Origin: a virus
Lineage: Duplodnaviria; Caudoviricetes
Length of the DNA: 64,000 nucleotides
Strand: one strand, 5' to 3'
Virus record (IMG/VR): IMGVR_UViG_3300010347_000503
Span: 26,894-90,893 of that record
The position numbers and the translations under genes were made by a program. Under the pieces are notes generated by a model that was not told the DNA's origin, ran no database searches, and was given only the letters and a program-made list of their open reading frames with translations. The stretch's first letter is position 1. Each line of letters begins with the position of its first letter. Positions 14,050 to 24,033 of the stretch are shown in pieces.

Positions 14050-14823
14050 ATGGGAAGAACATTTGTCAGTAGTGATTGGCATGGATGTGAAGTAGCTAAA
14101 AAAGTATTTGATTTTCTTAAGCCAGATGATACTTTATATTTTCTTGGAGATGCAGCAGATCGAGGTCCAATTGGTGCTGAATTAATAGAAAATATATTGA
14201 ATGATAATAGAATAATTTATCTTAAAGGAAATCATGAAGAATTTTTTATTGAATGTATGTTAAATATTTATGATACTAATTATGTAGGTGGCATGAATGG
14301 TGTCTGGTATTATCGAAATGGTGGAGAATCTACAATTGATGCCTTTATAGATAAAAAGAAATACACAAGAGAGCAGATAATTAGTATTATTGAAAAAATT
14401 AAAAAACTTCCTACAGTATGTAATTACAGAAATAAAAAAGGTAATAATATTATCCTTGAACATGCAGGATATACTCCTTGGGAGTTTAAAAAAATGCAAC
14501 GTCACGATCCGCTTTGGGATAGAACTCATTTTTTCGATGCTTATGATCAAAAGGGTGCTAACACTTATATTATTCATGGTCATACGCCAGTTCAATATCT
14601 TCAATTTTATTATGGTTATATAGATCAACCTAAAAGAACTATTGAAGATTTAGAAATAAAAAAAGCTTGGGAAAATGATGAACCAATGGGGAATTGGAAA
14701 CCTACTATTCTTCATTATTGTAATAGACATAAAATTGATATTGATATGTGTACTATTACTAGTAATAGAGTCGCATTATTAGATCTTGATACTTTTGAAG
14801 AAATTTATTTTGATGCAGATTAA
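14050..14823 (+). CDS. calcineurin-like metallophosphoesterase (lambda phosphatase type)
   Basis: SDWHG, GDAADRG, GNHE, HGHTP; the ORF-track start at 13945 lies in the palindrome. Confidence 0.85.
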   Translation: MGRTFVSSDWHGCEVAKKVFDFLKPDDTLYFLGDAADRGPIGAELIENILNDNRIIYLKGNHEEFFIECMLNIYDTNYVGGMNGVWYYRNGGESTIDAFIDKKKYTREQIISIIEKIKKLPTVCNYRNKKGNNIILEHAGYTPWEFKKMQRHDPLWDRTHFFDAYDQKGANTYIIHGHTPVQYLQFYYGYIDQPKRTIEDLEIKKAWENDEPMGNWKPTILHYCNRHKIDIDMCTITSNRVALLDLDTFEEIYFDAD

Positions 14824-14841
14824 ATGAAAGGAGAATAAAAT

Positions 14842-15264
14842 ATGGGACTTGACAATGGTATTATTATTCGTGGAAAAACTGAAAAAGGAACAAATTATCT
14901 TAAAAATAATTTTAGTAATTGTTATGATAAATATATCGAAGGTTTTGAGTTTGGCTATTGGAGAAAATGCTGGAATATAAGAAGAAAATTTATTGATGAC
15001 TTTGGCTATGATACTGAAAGACAAGAAATAAAATTTGAATTAGATGATATTCCTCTTATTATAGAAACTCTTAAATATTTTCTTAATGAAGATAATTGGG
15101 AGTATGGTAAATGTTATTCTCAAGTTTTTAGTTGGATTGAAGAACTTCCTAGTATCGCAAATGCTATGCAAAATCTTTGGAGATTTTATGATAATTTAGA
15201 TATTGATCCAAACAATGAATTAACAGATGAAGATTTTGAAATTTATTTTTATGATAGTTATTAA
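14842..15264 (+). CDS. hypothetical protein
   Basis: 140-aa ORF, AAGGAG RBS. Confidence 0.75.
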   Translation: MGLDNGIIIRGKTEKGTNYLKNNFSNCYDKYIEGFEFGYWRKCWNIRRKFIDDFGYDTERQEIKFELDDIPLIIETLKYFLNEDNWEYGKCYSQVFSWIEELPSIANAMQNLWRFYDNLDIDPNNELTDEDFEIYFYDSY

Positions 15265-15299
15265 ATAAAAGTGATTTTATAATAAAAGGAGAATGATTT

Positions 15300-16559
15300 A
15301 TGATAAATAGAAATACTCAGATGCGCGAACTCGCATACGTCGTTACGGTTGACGCAGTAGAGCCTATTTCTGGTCGTGACCGTGTAGAATGTGCTAGAGT
15401 AGGTGGTTGGACTTGTATGGTTCCAAAGGGTGCATTTAAAGCTGGTGATCCGGGTATCTATTTTGAGATTGACTCTCAGGTTCCTGTAGATAAAGATCCG
15501 TTTAAGTTCTGTGAGAAATATAAGGGACGCATTAAGACTCAGAAATTCAAGACCCCGGATGGTCAGTTCTGGTCTCAAGGTCTCTTAATGGCTGCCGCAG
15601 ATTTTGGTTGGACTACTGATTTTGCTCAGTTTGCTGGAGATTTTGGTTTTATTGTAGATGATAAGGGCGTGCAGCATATTCCTGGAGAAGAGTCTGCATT
15701 TTTAACTACTCAGCTTGGCGTAACTTATTATGAGATAGAGGACCAGAAGCGGAAGGCTGCATCTACTGTTGATAAGTATAAGAAAATGGCTGGACGTCAT
15801 CCACAGCTTTTCAAGAACAATGCTATTGTAAAATGGCTTTATAAGCGGAATTGGGGTAAAAAGCTGCTGTTTGTTTTCTTTGGAAAGAAAAAGGACAAGA
15901 CTGCGTGGCCGCAGTGGGTAGTTAAAACGGACGAGGAACGCGTTCAAAATATTCCTTTTATACTCCAGAGTGATATTCCTTGGTACGCAACTGAGAAGAT
16001 CGATGGAACCAGCACAACTTTCACTATGAAAGGAAGAGGACGCAAAAGAGAGTTTTATATCTGTTCTCGTAATGTATGTTTTGATACTCCTGAGAAGATG
16101 GAAAAGGGTGCTTGGTACGATACCAATGTATATCAAGAGATGGCGATTAAATACAATGTAGAGCAGGTACTTGCAGATATTATGGATTTATTCAAGGATC
16201 TTGAGTTCGTAACTCTTCAGGGTGAGACCTTCGGGGCTGGTATTCAGAAGAGAGATTACGGAATGAAGGATCATGATTTCCGCGCTTTCAATCTGATCTT
16301 CGGTTATAAGAATGGAGAAAAAGAGCGTTTTAATCCGCGGAGAATGACTGACTTCCTTAAACAATTCGGTATTCCTTCTGTGCCGATTGTAGATGAACAT
16401 TTCATTCTTCCGGATACTGTTGAAGAGCTGCTTAATATTGCAACTGACAAATCTGAAATTGATGGCGGAATGCGGGAAGGTTTAGTATTCCGTTCTGCAG
16501 ATGGCACTCAGAGTTTTAAAGCAGTATCTAATGAATTTTTATTGAAATATCATCAGTAA
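15300..16559 (+). CDS. ATP-dependent RNA ligase, Rnl2/DRB0094-type
   Basis: Motif I TEKIDGTS, III LQGETFG, IIIa FRAFNL, IV REGLVF, V FKAVS; N-terminal OB-like module. Confidence 0.88.
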   Translation: MINRNTQMRELAYVVTVDAVEPISGRDRVECARVGGWTCMVPKGAFKAGDPGIYFEIDSQVPVDKDPFKFCEKYKGRIKTQKFKTPDGQFWSQGLLMAAADFGWTTDFAQFAGDFGFIVDDKGVQHIPGEESAFLTTQLGVTYYEIEDQKRKAASTVDKYKKMAGRHPQLFKNNAIVKWLYKRNWGKKLLFVFFGKKKDKTAWPQWVVKTDEERVQNIPFILQSDIPWYATEKIDGTSTTFTMKGRGRKREFYICSRNVCFDTPEKMEKGAWYDTNVYQEMAIKYNVEQVLADIMDLFKDLEFVTLQGETFGAGIQKRDYGMKDHDFRAFNLIFGYKNGEKERFNPRRMTDFLKQFGIPSVPIVDEHFILPDTVEELLNIATDKSEIDGGMREGLVFRSADGTQSFKAVSNEFLLKYHQ

Positions 16560-16689
16560 TAAAAATGGCGGGAACCGGGTCTAGACCCGCTCCCGCATTT
16601 CTTCTTTTAATACTCTTTTTTTATTTTTTATAAAATTTATGATATAATATATATATATAATAAAAAATAAAGAAAGAGGTGTTTATCAT

Positions 16690-16998
16690 TTGACAAAAAA
16701 TAAAATGATTCAAAGTGAGTTCTATTGTACTAAATGCGGTAAAAAAGGACTTCCAGTTTGGCGCAGGAAAGGTGACGCAAGAGAAGATGGACATTTAAAA
16801 GCATTATATTGTCTATTTTGTAATGATTATACAAACCATGTTGAATGTAAACCTAATACTCCATATTCTTTTGAAGATTTTAAATTAGAATATGAATATA
16901 ATAATTTCACAAAAGATGGTTTAAGAATTTATACTTTAAAACAATTAAAAAATTTAGTTAGAGAAGAGAAAATTGAAAAAGTGAGGGAATTAAAATGA
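16690..16998 (+). CDS. zinc-ribbon protein
   Basis: CTKC and CLFC pairs. Confidence 0.7.
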   Translation: MTKNKMIQSEFYCTKCGKKGLPVWRRKGDAREDGHLKALYCLFCNDYTNHVECKPNTPYSFEDFKLEYEYNNFTKDGLRIYTLKQLKNLVREEKIEKVRELK

Positions 16999-17516
16999 AA
17001 AAATTATTTATTATGGTAGGCTGCCCAGGATGCGGGAAATCTACTTATTTAAAAAATAATGAAAAATTCTTCCATAAATCTCATATTATAATTTCAAGAG
17101 ATGAAATAAGATTTTCTCTTTTAAAAGAAGGAGATTCTTATTTTTCAAAAGAAGATATAGTATATAAAGAATTTATTAAACAAATTAAAGCTGGATTAAA
17201 AATTTATGAAGAAGTATATGTCGATGCAACTCATTTAAATGTGAGTTCCCGCAAAAAATTATTTTATGCTTTAGGTGATGCTATTAAAAATGTAGAACTT
17301 TATGCTATTGTCATAAAAGTACCTCTTGAACAAGCACTTGTGCAAAATCAAAAAAGATTTGGAACAAAAACATATGTGCCAGAAGAAGCTCTGCGGAATA
17401 TGTATAAAAATTTTATGCTTCCTACTTTAAATGAAGGATTTAAAGAAATTTGGTTATATATTTCAGAAGGTATTGATAAACCTTGTCATTTTCAAAATAT
17501 TAGAAAAAGATTTTAA
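16995..17516 (+). CDS. polynucleotide-kinase-like P-loop protein (T4 Pnk kinase domain/AAA_33)
   Basis: GCPGCGKST, SRDEIR, VDATHL. Confidence 0.8.
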   Translation: MKKLFIMVGCPGCGKSTYLKNNEKFFHKSHIIISRDEIRFSLLKEGDSYFSKEDIVYKEFIKQIKAGLKIYEEVYVDATHLNVSSRKKLFYALGDAIKNVELYAIVIKVPLEQALVQNQKRFGTKTYVPEEALRNMYKNFMLPTLNEGFKEIWLYISEGIDKPCHFQNIRKRF

Positions 17517-17533
17517 AAAGGGATAGAGATAAT

Positions 17534-17716
17534 ATGAAAACAAAATTAGATAAAGAAAGAAAATATGCTTTTTGGTTAAGATTTGATCAGAAAAATTTTA
17601 CAGGAATTTATAAATGTCCTGATTGTGGAAAAGAATATACTTTTAAAGAAGCAACTGGAAAAGAAAAAAATCAAATTGGACATAATTGTCCTCATTGTGG
17701 AGTAAAATTGAATTGA
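17534..17716 (+). CDS. small zinc-ribbon protein
   Basis: CPDC and CPHC pairs. Confidence 0.65.
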   Translation: MKTKLDKERKYAFWLRFDQKNFTGIYKCPDCGKEYTFKEATGKEKNQIGHNCPHCGVKLN

Positions 17717-17853
17717 ATTAAGGAGAAAAATTACAACTGACTAACATTTTTTATAAATGCTGGTCAGTTGTAAGCAACAGTAAATGCAAGAATACGCAAT
17801 GGATAGGATAGCATAAAAGCTATTACTACTCCTTTAAGGAGGTGATTTAAAAA

Positions 17854-18416
17854 ATGAGTGCTATATACCTTACATCGGATTGGCACTTTGGTTAACAGGC
17901 CATGACCGAGACTTTATCTATCAACCTCGCGGATTTAGTTCCATGGACGAGATGAATGAAGAAATAATTACTAGATATAATGAAATTGTTAAGCCAGAAG
18001 ATGATGTATATGTACTTGGTGATTTAATGCTTGGTAATAATGAAATTGGTCTCAAATGTATTAAAAATCTTAAAGGTAATATTCATGTCATCCGCGGAAA
18101 TCATGATACTAATACTAGAATGGATCTTTATAATAATTGCTATAATATAGTAGAAATTTGTGAAGGTAAGTTTTTAAACTATAAAGATTATCATTTTTAT
18201 CTTAGTCATTATCCTTGTTTGGCAAGTTATTATGATGAGCATAGTCCAGTTAAGCTTAAGCGAAAAATGACTAGTCTATGTGGTCATAAGCATACTCAAA
18301 ATGCTTTTGAAGATTTTGATAAGGGATTGATTTATCATTGTGAAGTAGATGCACATGATTGTTATCCCGTTTCTATTGAAGAAATTATTAAAGATATAAA
18401 GGAGATTATTATATGA
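17854..18416 (+). pseudogene. metallophosphoesterase interrupted by an 8-nt insert (17893..17900) carrying an in-frame TAA
   Basis: MSAIYLTSDWHFG|TAACAGGC|HDRDFIYQPRGF...LGDL..RGNHD..GHKH; AAGGAGG RBS. Confidence 0.75.
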
Positions 18417-18685
18417 ATAAACTATCATCAAAAGATACAAAATTTTCTGAGGCTGTTGCATTTCTTATTACTGCGATAATTATAAGTATCATTTCACCAT
18501 TCCTTGTTTTTTGGATAAGCTATATTATAGGATATTTTGTAAAATGGACAATTGGAAATATTTTAATACAAGGACTTATGTTATTTAATATTAATATACC
18601 CATTGAAAAGATTCCATTGGTTTGCGGTGTACTAGGTTTTATTTCAAGTTATTTTAATACTACTATTCAAAATAAATCTAACTAA
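18413..18685 (+). CDS. membrane protein
   Basis: Hydrophobic stretches; ATGA overlap with the upstream gene. Confidence 0.7.
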   Translation: MNKLSSKDTKFSEAVAFLITAIIISIISPFLVFWISYIIGYFVKWTIGNILIQGLMLFNINIPIEKIPLVCGVLGFISSYFNTTIQNKSN

Positions 18686-18791
18686 ATAAATAAAAGGCTT
18701 AATTAAAAATATTAAGCCTTTTTATTTTGACTTTTTAAAAAATTTATGTTATAATTAAGATAATAATATAAATATAAGAAAGGAATATTTT

Positions 18792-19220
18792 ATGAAATTT
18801 ATTTCTGCTGACTATAATAAAGAAAATGGTCACTCAACAGTTATAGTGCAACATTTAGGGAAAAAATTTGTCGGTGAAGGAAGATTTAATCCAGAAGATA
18901 AATCTGGAGCATCTGAATTTGCTGGTTGCACTTATGCAGAAACAAGAGCAACTATCAAAGCTCTTAAATATGAACTTAATATTGCTAAAAATAAAATGCG
19001 GGAAGCACAAGATTTCGTAAAATCTTGTGAATGTTATAAAGATTTTGATCCAAATTCTTCTAGCGCAAAAGTTTTTTATAGACAATTAAATCGAAGAATT
19101 AAAAGAGTAGAAGATTTAAAGAATGAAATTAAAACAATGCAGCTCTCTTTAAAAGCTTCTATTGAAGCTAGATATAATAAAATTATGAAGATTTTAGAGA
19201 AAAAAGACAAAAAAGGTTAA
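18792..19220 (+). CDS. hypothetical protein
   Basis: 142-aa ORF after a promoter. Confidence 0.75.
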   Translation: MKFISADYNKENGHSTVIVQHLGKKFVGEGRFNPEDKSGASEFAGCTYAETRATIKALKYELNIAKNKMREAQDFVKSCECYKDFDPNSSSAKVFYRQLNRRIKRVEDLKNEIKTMQLSLKASIEARYNKIMKILEKKDKKG

Positions 19221-19286
19221 TTTATTTAGTCCATTTTTTTATATCTTTATAGAAATTAACCTTTAAAACGAAAGGTGGACTTATAA

Positions 19287-20522
19287 ATGATAAAATTTTA
19301 TGACACATGTAGTTTGTTGGAACTTCAAGAGGAAGTATTCAACGATTCCAAGTTTTATATCTCCAGCATTACTCTTTCTGAACTGGAACAGATAAAAACC
19401 TCTGGAACAAGAGATGAAGAAATTAAGTGGAAAGCGCGGCAGGTGCTTAACTGTCTCCGTCAACATAAACAATCTTATGAAATTATTATTTTTGACAAAG
19501 AAGTTGAAGCATATTTAGATGATTTACAATTAATTTCTAATAATGATAATAAAATAATCGTTTCTGCATATATGCGAAATCAGAATGAGCCTATTACTTT
19601 TGTAACTAATGATTTAGCTTGTGAAGCAATCGCTAATTCAGTTGGTTTAAAAACAGAAATGATTTCTGATAACATTGTAGATGATGATTACACTGGATAT
19701 AAAATAATTAAATTATCTGATGAAGAATTAGCTGATTTTTATATGCATATTCTTCAAGAAAATCAGAATAAATATAATTTATTAACAAATGAATATCTTT
19801 TAATTAAAGATAGTAATAATCATATAGTTGATAAATATAGATGGAATAATAAATATGAAAGTATTGGTTTTATTAAAGCAGAGTCTAAAATGTTTGGTAA
19901 AGTAACACCAAAAGATGATTTACAATTACTTGCATTAGATGCATTAAATAATAATCAAATTACTATGCTTAGAGGCCCCGCGGGAAGTGGTAAATCTCAC
20001 CTGGCTTTTGGATATATGTTTTCTTTATTGGATCAAGGTAAGATTGGAAAAATAATTATTTTCTGCAATACTGTTGCAACAAAAGGATCAGCTAAATTAG
20101 GCTACTACCCTGGTTCCCGCACAGAAAAATTACTTGATAGTCAAATTGGTAATTTTCTTGAAAGCAAATTAAGTAGTCGTATTGAAGTAGAGCGTTTAAT
20201 TGAAGATGGAAGTCTCATTTTACTTCCTATGAGTGACATTCGTGGTTATGACACAACAGGAATGAATGCCGCAATTTATATCACTGAGGCACAAAATCTT
20301 GATATTGAACTAATGAAACTCGCTCTTCAACGTATTGGTGAAGACTCTATATGTATCCTTGATGGTGATGATAAAACTCAGGTTGATATGTCAATGTATG
20401 CGGGAAGTCATAATGGCATGAAGAGAGTGAGTAAAATATTTAGGGGTGCTGATTTCTATGGCGAGATCGCTCTCCAAAAAATCCATAGATCAAAAATTGC
20501 AGAATTGGCTCAACAATTATAA
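19287..20522 (+). CDS. phoH: PIN-PhoH fusion protein
   Basis: N-terminal FYDTCSL/FVTND PIN motifs; GPAGSGKS; IRG..ITEAQN; GDDKTQVD. Confidence 0.85.
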   Translation: MIKFYDTCSLLELQEEVFNDSKFYISSITLSELEQIKTSGTRDEEIKWKARQVLNCLRQHKQSYEIIIFDKEVEAYLDDLQLISNNDNKIIVSAYMRNQNEPITFVTNDLACEAIANSVGLKTEMISDNIVDDDYTGYKIIKLSDEELADFYMHILQENQNKYNLLTNEYLLIKDSNNHIVDKYRWNNKYESIGFIKAESKMFGKVTPKDDLQLLALDALNNNQITMLRGPAGSGKSHLAFGYMFSLLDQGKIGKIIIFCNTVATKGSAKLGYYPGSRTEKLLDSQIGNFLESKLSSRIEVERLIEDGSLILLPMSDIRGYDTTGMNAAIYITEAQNLDIELMKLALQRIGEDSICILDGDDKTQVDMSMYAGSHNGMKRVSKIFRGADFYGEIALQKIHRSKIAELAQQL

Positions 20523-20564
20523 AAAGCTCCATAAGGAGCTTTTTTATTTTAAGGAGGCGAAATT

Positions 20565-21011
20565 ATGTTCAAAAAGATTTCAGAAATAATAGCCAATAAA
20601 AAACTACAAAGAACTACAGATAAAATAAATTTAGAAAAACGAATATGGCTTCAAGAAAAACCTTTAATTGAACAAGAGAATCAAATAAACAATGAAAAAC
20701 AAGAATTAAAACGAAAAAAAAGAGAAACAAAACTTCCATCTTGGAGTAAATTACTTTTAATATTTTTATTTATTAATTTTACTGTATTAGAATTATTTAT
20801 AGGTTTTATTACTTTATATAGTTTCAAATTAGCTGCGGAAGTTGGCTTAATGCCGGATCTTACTCCATTAATTACTTTAATAACCGCGGTTGTGGGTGAG
20901 ACTATTTCATATTGGATCTATTGTGCAAAATCTAAAGCTGAAAATGTTAAAGATGGAATTGTTTATGAAACTACTATGTATAATCTAAGAAATAATGCGG
21001 AAGATGAATAA
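20565..21011 (+). CDS. membrane protein with two TM helices (possible holin-like)
   Basis: Two hydrophobic segments, charged termini. Confidence 0.6.
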   Translation: MFKKISEIIANKKLQRTTDKINLEKRIWLQEKPLIEQENQINNEKQELKRKKRETKLPSWSKLLLIFLFINFTVLELFIGFITLYSFKLAAEVGLMPDLTPLITLITAVVGETISYWIYCAKSKAENVKDGIVYETTMYNLRNNAEDE

Positions 21012-21278
21012 TCTTCCGCATTTTTTTATTATATTTTTATACTTTTGAGCTGTAGCTAAGTTAAAATTGCAAACTAGTTTGACTTTTATAAAAATTTATG
21101 TTATAATTATTATATAGTTCAATAGAGATTAGATATTGCTAAATAAAATTAGAATAAAAAAGAAAAATAGAATTTTAATAAAAATAAAAATAGCACAAGT
21201 AAAAACTTGGGTAACTTTAAATAATTTATTTTTTATAAAAAGTATATATAATATCAAAAATAGTAAAGGAGGAAAGAT

Positions 21279-22106
21279 ATGTTATATACTTTAAAAGATG
21301 GATCTCAAATAGAATCCGTGCCTATAGGACAATCATCTGTGAAAATAGGAGAAATTAGTCCCAATGGAATGTTAACTGTTTGCGATAGAGGACCAGCACC
21401 TTCTTCTGGAAGAGGAGCAACTGTGATTTGTAAATGTCGCTGTGGAAAATATACTTTATTAAAATTACAAGCGTTTAGAGATGGAACTACTAAATCTTGT
21501 GGATGTTATAATAAAAAAGTACATCAAAAACTTTGTAAAGAAATAGGGAAAAAACAATATTTTAAAGATTATTCTTCTCCTGATTTAAATATAAATCCTT
21601 ATTATAATTTTATAAGTCCTACTGAAGAAATAACTCCATTAGGAGTAAAATGGATTATAAAATGTAAAAAATGTGGAAAAGAATTCATTGAGGTTCCAAA
21701 TCAATTAATTTCAGATAAAAGATGCAGAGGAAATAATCCATGCTCTTGTTGGAAACAAACAAGTAAAGGTGTTTTAAAATTAATTAATTTATTAGAAGAA
21801 ATGAATATTCAATATTTTACTGAATATTCATTTCCTACTTGTTTAAGTATTAAAAATAATCCTTTAAAATTTGATTTTTATTTGCCAGAACAAGATTTAC
21901 TTATTGAATATGATGGAGAACAACATTTTGAAGATAAAGGAATGTTTGGTGATAAATATCATGAACAAAAATTTAAATTACAACAAGAGTATGATAAAAT
22001 AAAAAATGATTGGTGCTTAAAAAATAATAAAAAACTTATTAGAATAAGCTATAAAGATTATAATAATATAAATCAACATTATATAGAAAGGATTTTAAAT
22101 GAATAA
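21279..22106 (+). CDS. free-standing homing-endonuclease-like protein (Zn modules plus Vsr/PD-(D/E)XK-like domain)
   Basis: CKCRCG..DGTTKSCGC; LKFDFYL..LIEYDGEQHF; overlaps the gyrB start. Confidence 0.7.
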   Translation: MLYTLKDGSQIESVPIGQSSVKIGEISPNGMLTVCDRGPAPSSGRGATVICKCRCGKYTLLKLQAFRDGTTKSCGCYNKKVHQKLCKEIGKKQYFKDYSSPDLNINPYYNFISPTEEITPLGVKWIIKCKKCGKEFIEVPNQLISDKRCRGNNPCSCWKQTSKGVLKLINLLEEMNIQYFTEYSFPTCLSIKNNPLKFDFYLPEQDLLIEYDGEQHFEDKGMFGDKYHEQKFKLQQEYDKIKNDWCLKNNKKLIRISYKDYNNINQHYIERILNE

Positions 22107-24033
22107 TAATTATAACTTAGATAGTGTTCAAAAATTAGATTTCTTTTCTGCGGTTCGTAAGTATCCGGGAATGTATATTGGTTCTAAAGATGCTGATGGA
22201 TTACATCATCTTGCTAAAGAAATAATTTCAAATAGTATTGATGAATATTTGAATGGTTCTTGTACTGAAATTGCAGTTACATTAGTAAAAGATGGAAGTT
22301 TAAAAATAAGAGATAATGGTCGTGGTATTCCTATTGGCAAAAAACAAGGAAGCGAAAAGACTGCTTTAGAGTTATGTTTTACAGAAGAGCATGCAGGTGG
22401 TAAGTTCCTTAATGCAACAGGAGAAAGTGGTTATAATTCTGCTGGTGGTATGCATGGACTTGGTACTAAATGCGTTAATGCTCTTTCTGATAAAATGATA
22501 GTTATTAATCAAAGAGATGGACAGAGAGAAACTCTTGAATTTATAAATGGAGAACAAAAGAAAAACGAAACAATTAAAATAAATAGTAAAGAAACTGGTC
22601 TTATAGTCCAATTTTATCCTAGTGCTAAATATCTTGAAGTAATAGATTTTGATGAAGCAAGATTAAAGAAAATGTTAGAAGAATTTAGCTTTCTTTGTAA
22701 AGGCTTGACTTTTACTTTTATTAATGAAAAAGTAGGAGATGCATCTTTTGTAACATATAAATCAAAAAATGGATTATATGATTATCTTACTTATTTAACT
22801 AAAGATAAGGAAATGCTTTGTAAACCTTTTTATTTTGAACAAGAGGAAGGAACATATAAAGTAGAAGTAGCCTTTGGGTATAATAACAGTTATTCTTCTA
22901 CTGTTAAATTATATACAAATAATATTCCTCAGTTTAAAGGGACTCATTTAACAGGATTTAAAACAGCTTTTACAATGACTTTAAATTCTTTTGCTAGAGA
23001 GAAAGGTTGGTTAAAAGATAAAGATGAAAATCTTACTGGATCTGATTTAGAAGAAGGGCAACTTTTAGTTATTAATTTTAAAATGATCGATCCAGTATTT
23101 AAAGGTCAGAATAAAGAAGAATTATCTTCAACTGAAGGTAGAACATATGTTCAGAAATTCTCTATTGCTGCTTTAAAAGAATTATTTGGATATAATGAAA
23201 AAGATATTAAAATAATTTTTGATAAATCTATTAATGCGCGGAAGGCGCGGGAAGCCGCTAAAAAAGCTAGAGATGCAGCCCGCAACATTACACCGAAAGA
23301 TAAGAAAAAGCAACTTTTAAATCTTCCTACTAAATTGGTAGATTGTTGGAGTAAGGATAGACTGAAATGTGAGATATTAATTGCAGAAGGTGATTCTGCT
23401 GCAAATGGTTTGGTTGAAGGTAGAAATTCAGAAATTCACGCTATCTTCCCTATCAGAGGTAAAATTATTGCAGCATATAAGAATTCAACTGAAAAGATTT
23501 TTGCAAACCAAGAAGTTGTAAATCTTATTAAAGCCATTGGTCTTGATCTCGATCCGAAGACGCATAAATTGATTTATGATATAAAGAAACTTAGATATGG
23601 CAAAATTCTTCTTTGTGCGGATGCTGATCCGGATGGAGCTAGCATTAGAAATCTTTTGATTGAGATGTTCTGGTGGTTGTGTCCAGAATTGATTTTAAAT
23701 GGGCATATATATACAACAATGCCACCTTTGTTTAGAATTACAACAAAGAAGAATGAATATATTTATTTGAAAGATGCGGCGGCGCTTGAGCAGTATAAAG
23801 CTCAGCATCAAGGTGAAAAGTATCAGATTAATAGAAATAAAGGTTTAGGCGAGCAAGATGCAGATGAGCTTTGCGAAGCATTACTCAATCCCGCTACAAG
23901 AAATATTGCTCAATTAGTCGTATCTGATGAAAAGAAAGCTGCGGTATTAATAGAGACACTTCTCGGTCCAAGCGTACCGCCTCGAAGAGCATTCTTATTA
24001 CAACACGCAGAGGAGGCAAATGACTGTGAATAA
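22099..24033 (+). CDS. gyrB: DNA gyrase subunit B
   Basis: VRKYPGMYIG, EIISNSIDE, GMHGLG, EGDSA, PIRGKI, DADPDG, NKGLGE. Confidence 0.93.
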   Translation: MNNNYNLDSVQKLDFFSAVRKYPGMYIGSKDADGLHHLAKEIISNSIDEYLNGSCTEIAVTLVKDGSLKIRDNGRGIPIGKKQGSEKTALELCFTEEHAGGKFLNATGESGYNSAGGMHGLGTKCVNALSDKMIVINQRDGQRETLEFINGEQKKNETIKINSKETGLIVQFYPSAKYLEVIDFDEARLKKMLEEFSFLCKGLTFTFINEKVGDASFVTYKSKNGLYDYLTYLTKDKEMLCKPFYFEQEEGTYKVEVAFGYNNSYSSTVKLYTNNIPQFKGTHLTGFKTAFTMTLNSFAREKGWLKDKDENLTGSDLEEGQLLVINFKMIDPVFKGQNKEELSSTEGRTYVQKFSIAALKELFGYNEKDIKIIFDKSINARKAREAAKKARDAARNITPKDKKKQLLNLPTKLVDCWSKDRLKCEILIAEGDSAANGLVEGRNSEIHAIFPIRGKIIAAYKNSTEKIFANQEVVNLIKAIGLDLDPKTHKLIYDIKKLRYGKILLCADADPDGASIRNLLIEMFWWLCPELILNGHIYTTMPPLFRITTKKNEYIYLKDAAALEQYKAQHQGEKYQINRNKGLGEQDADELCEALLNPATRNIAQLVVSDEKKAAVLIETLLGPSVPPRRAFLLQHAEEANDCE

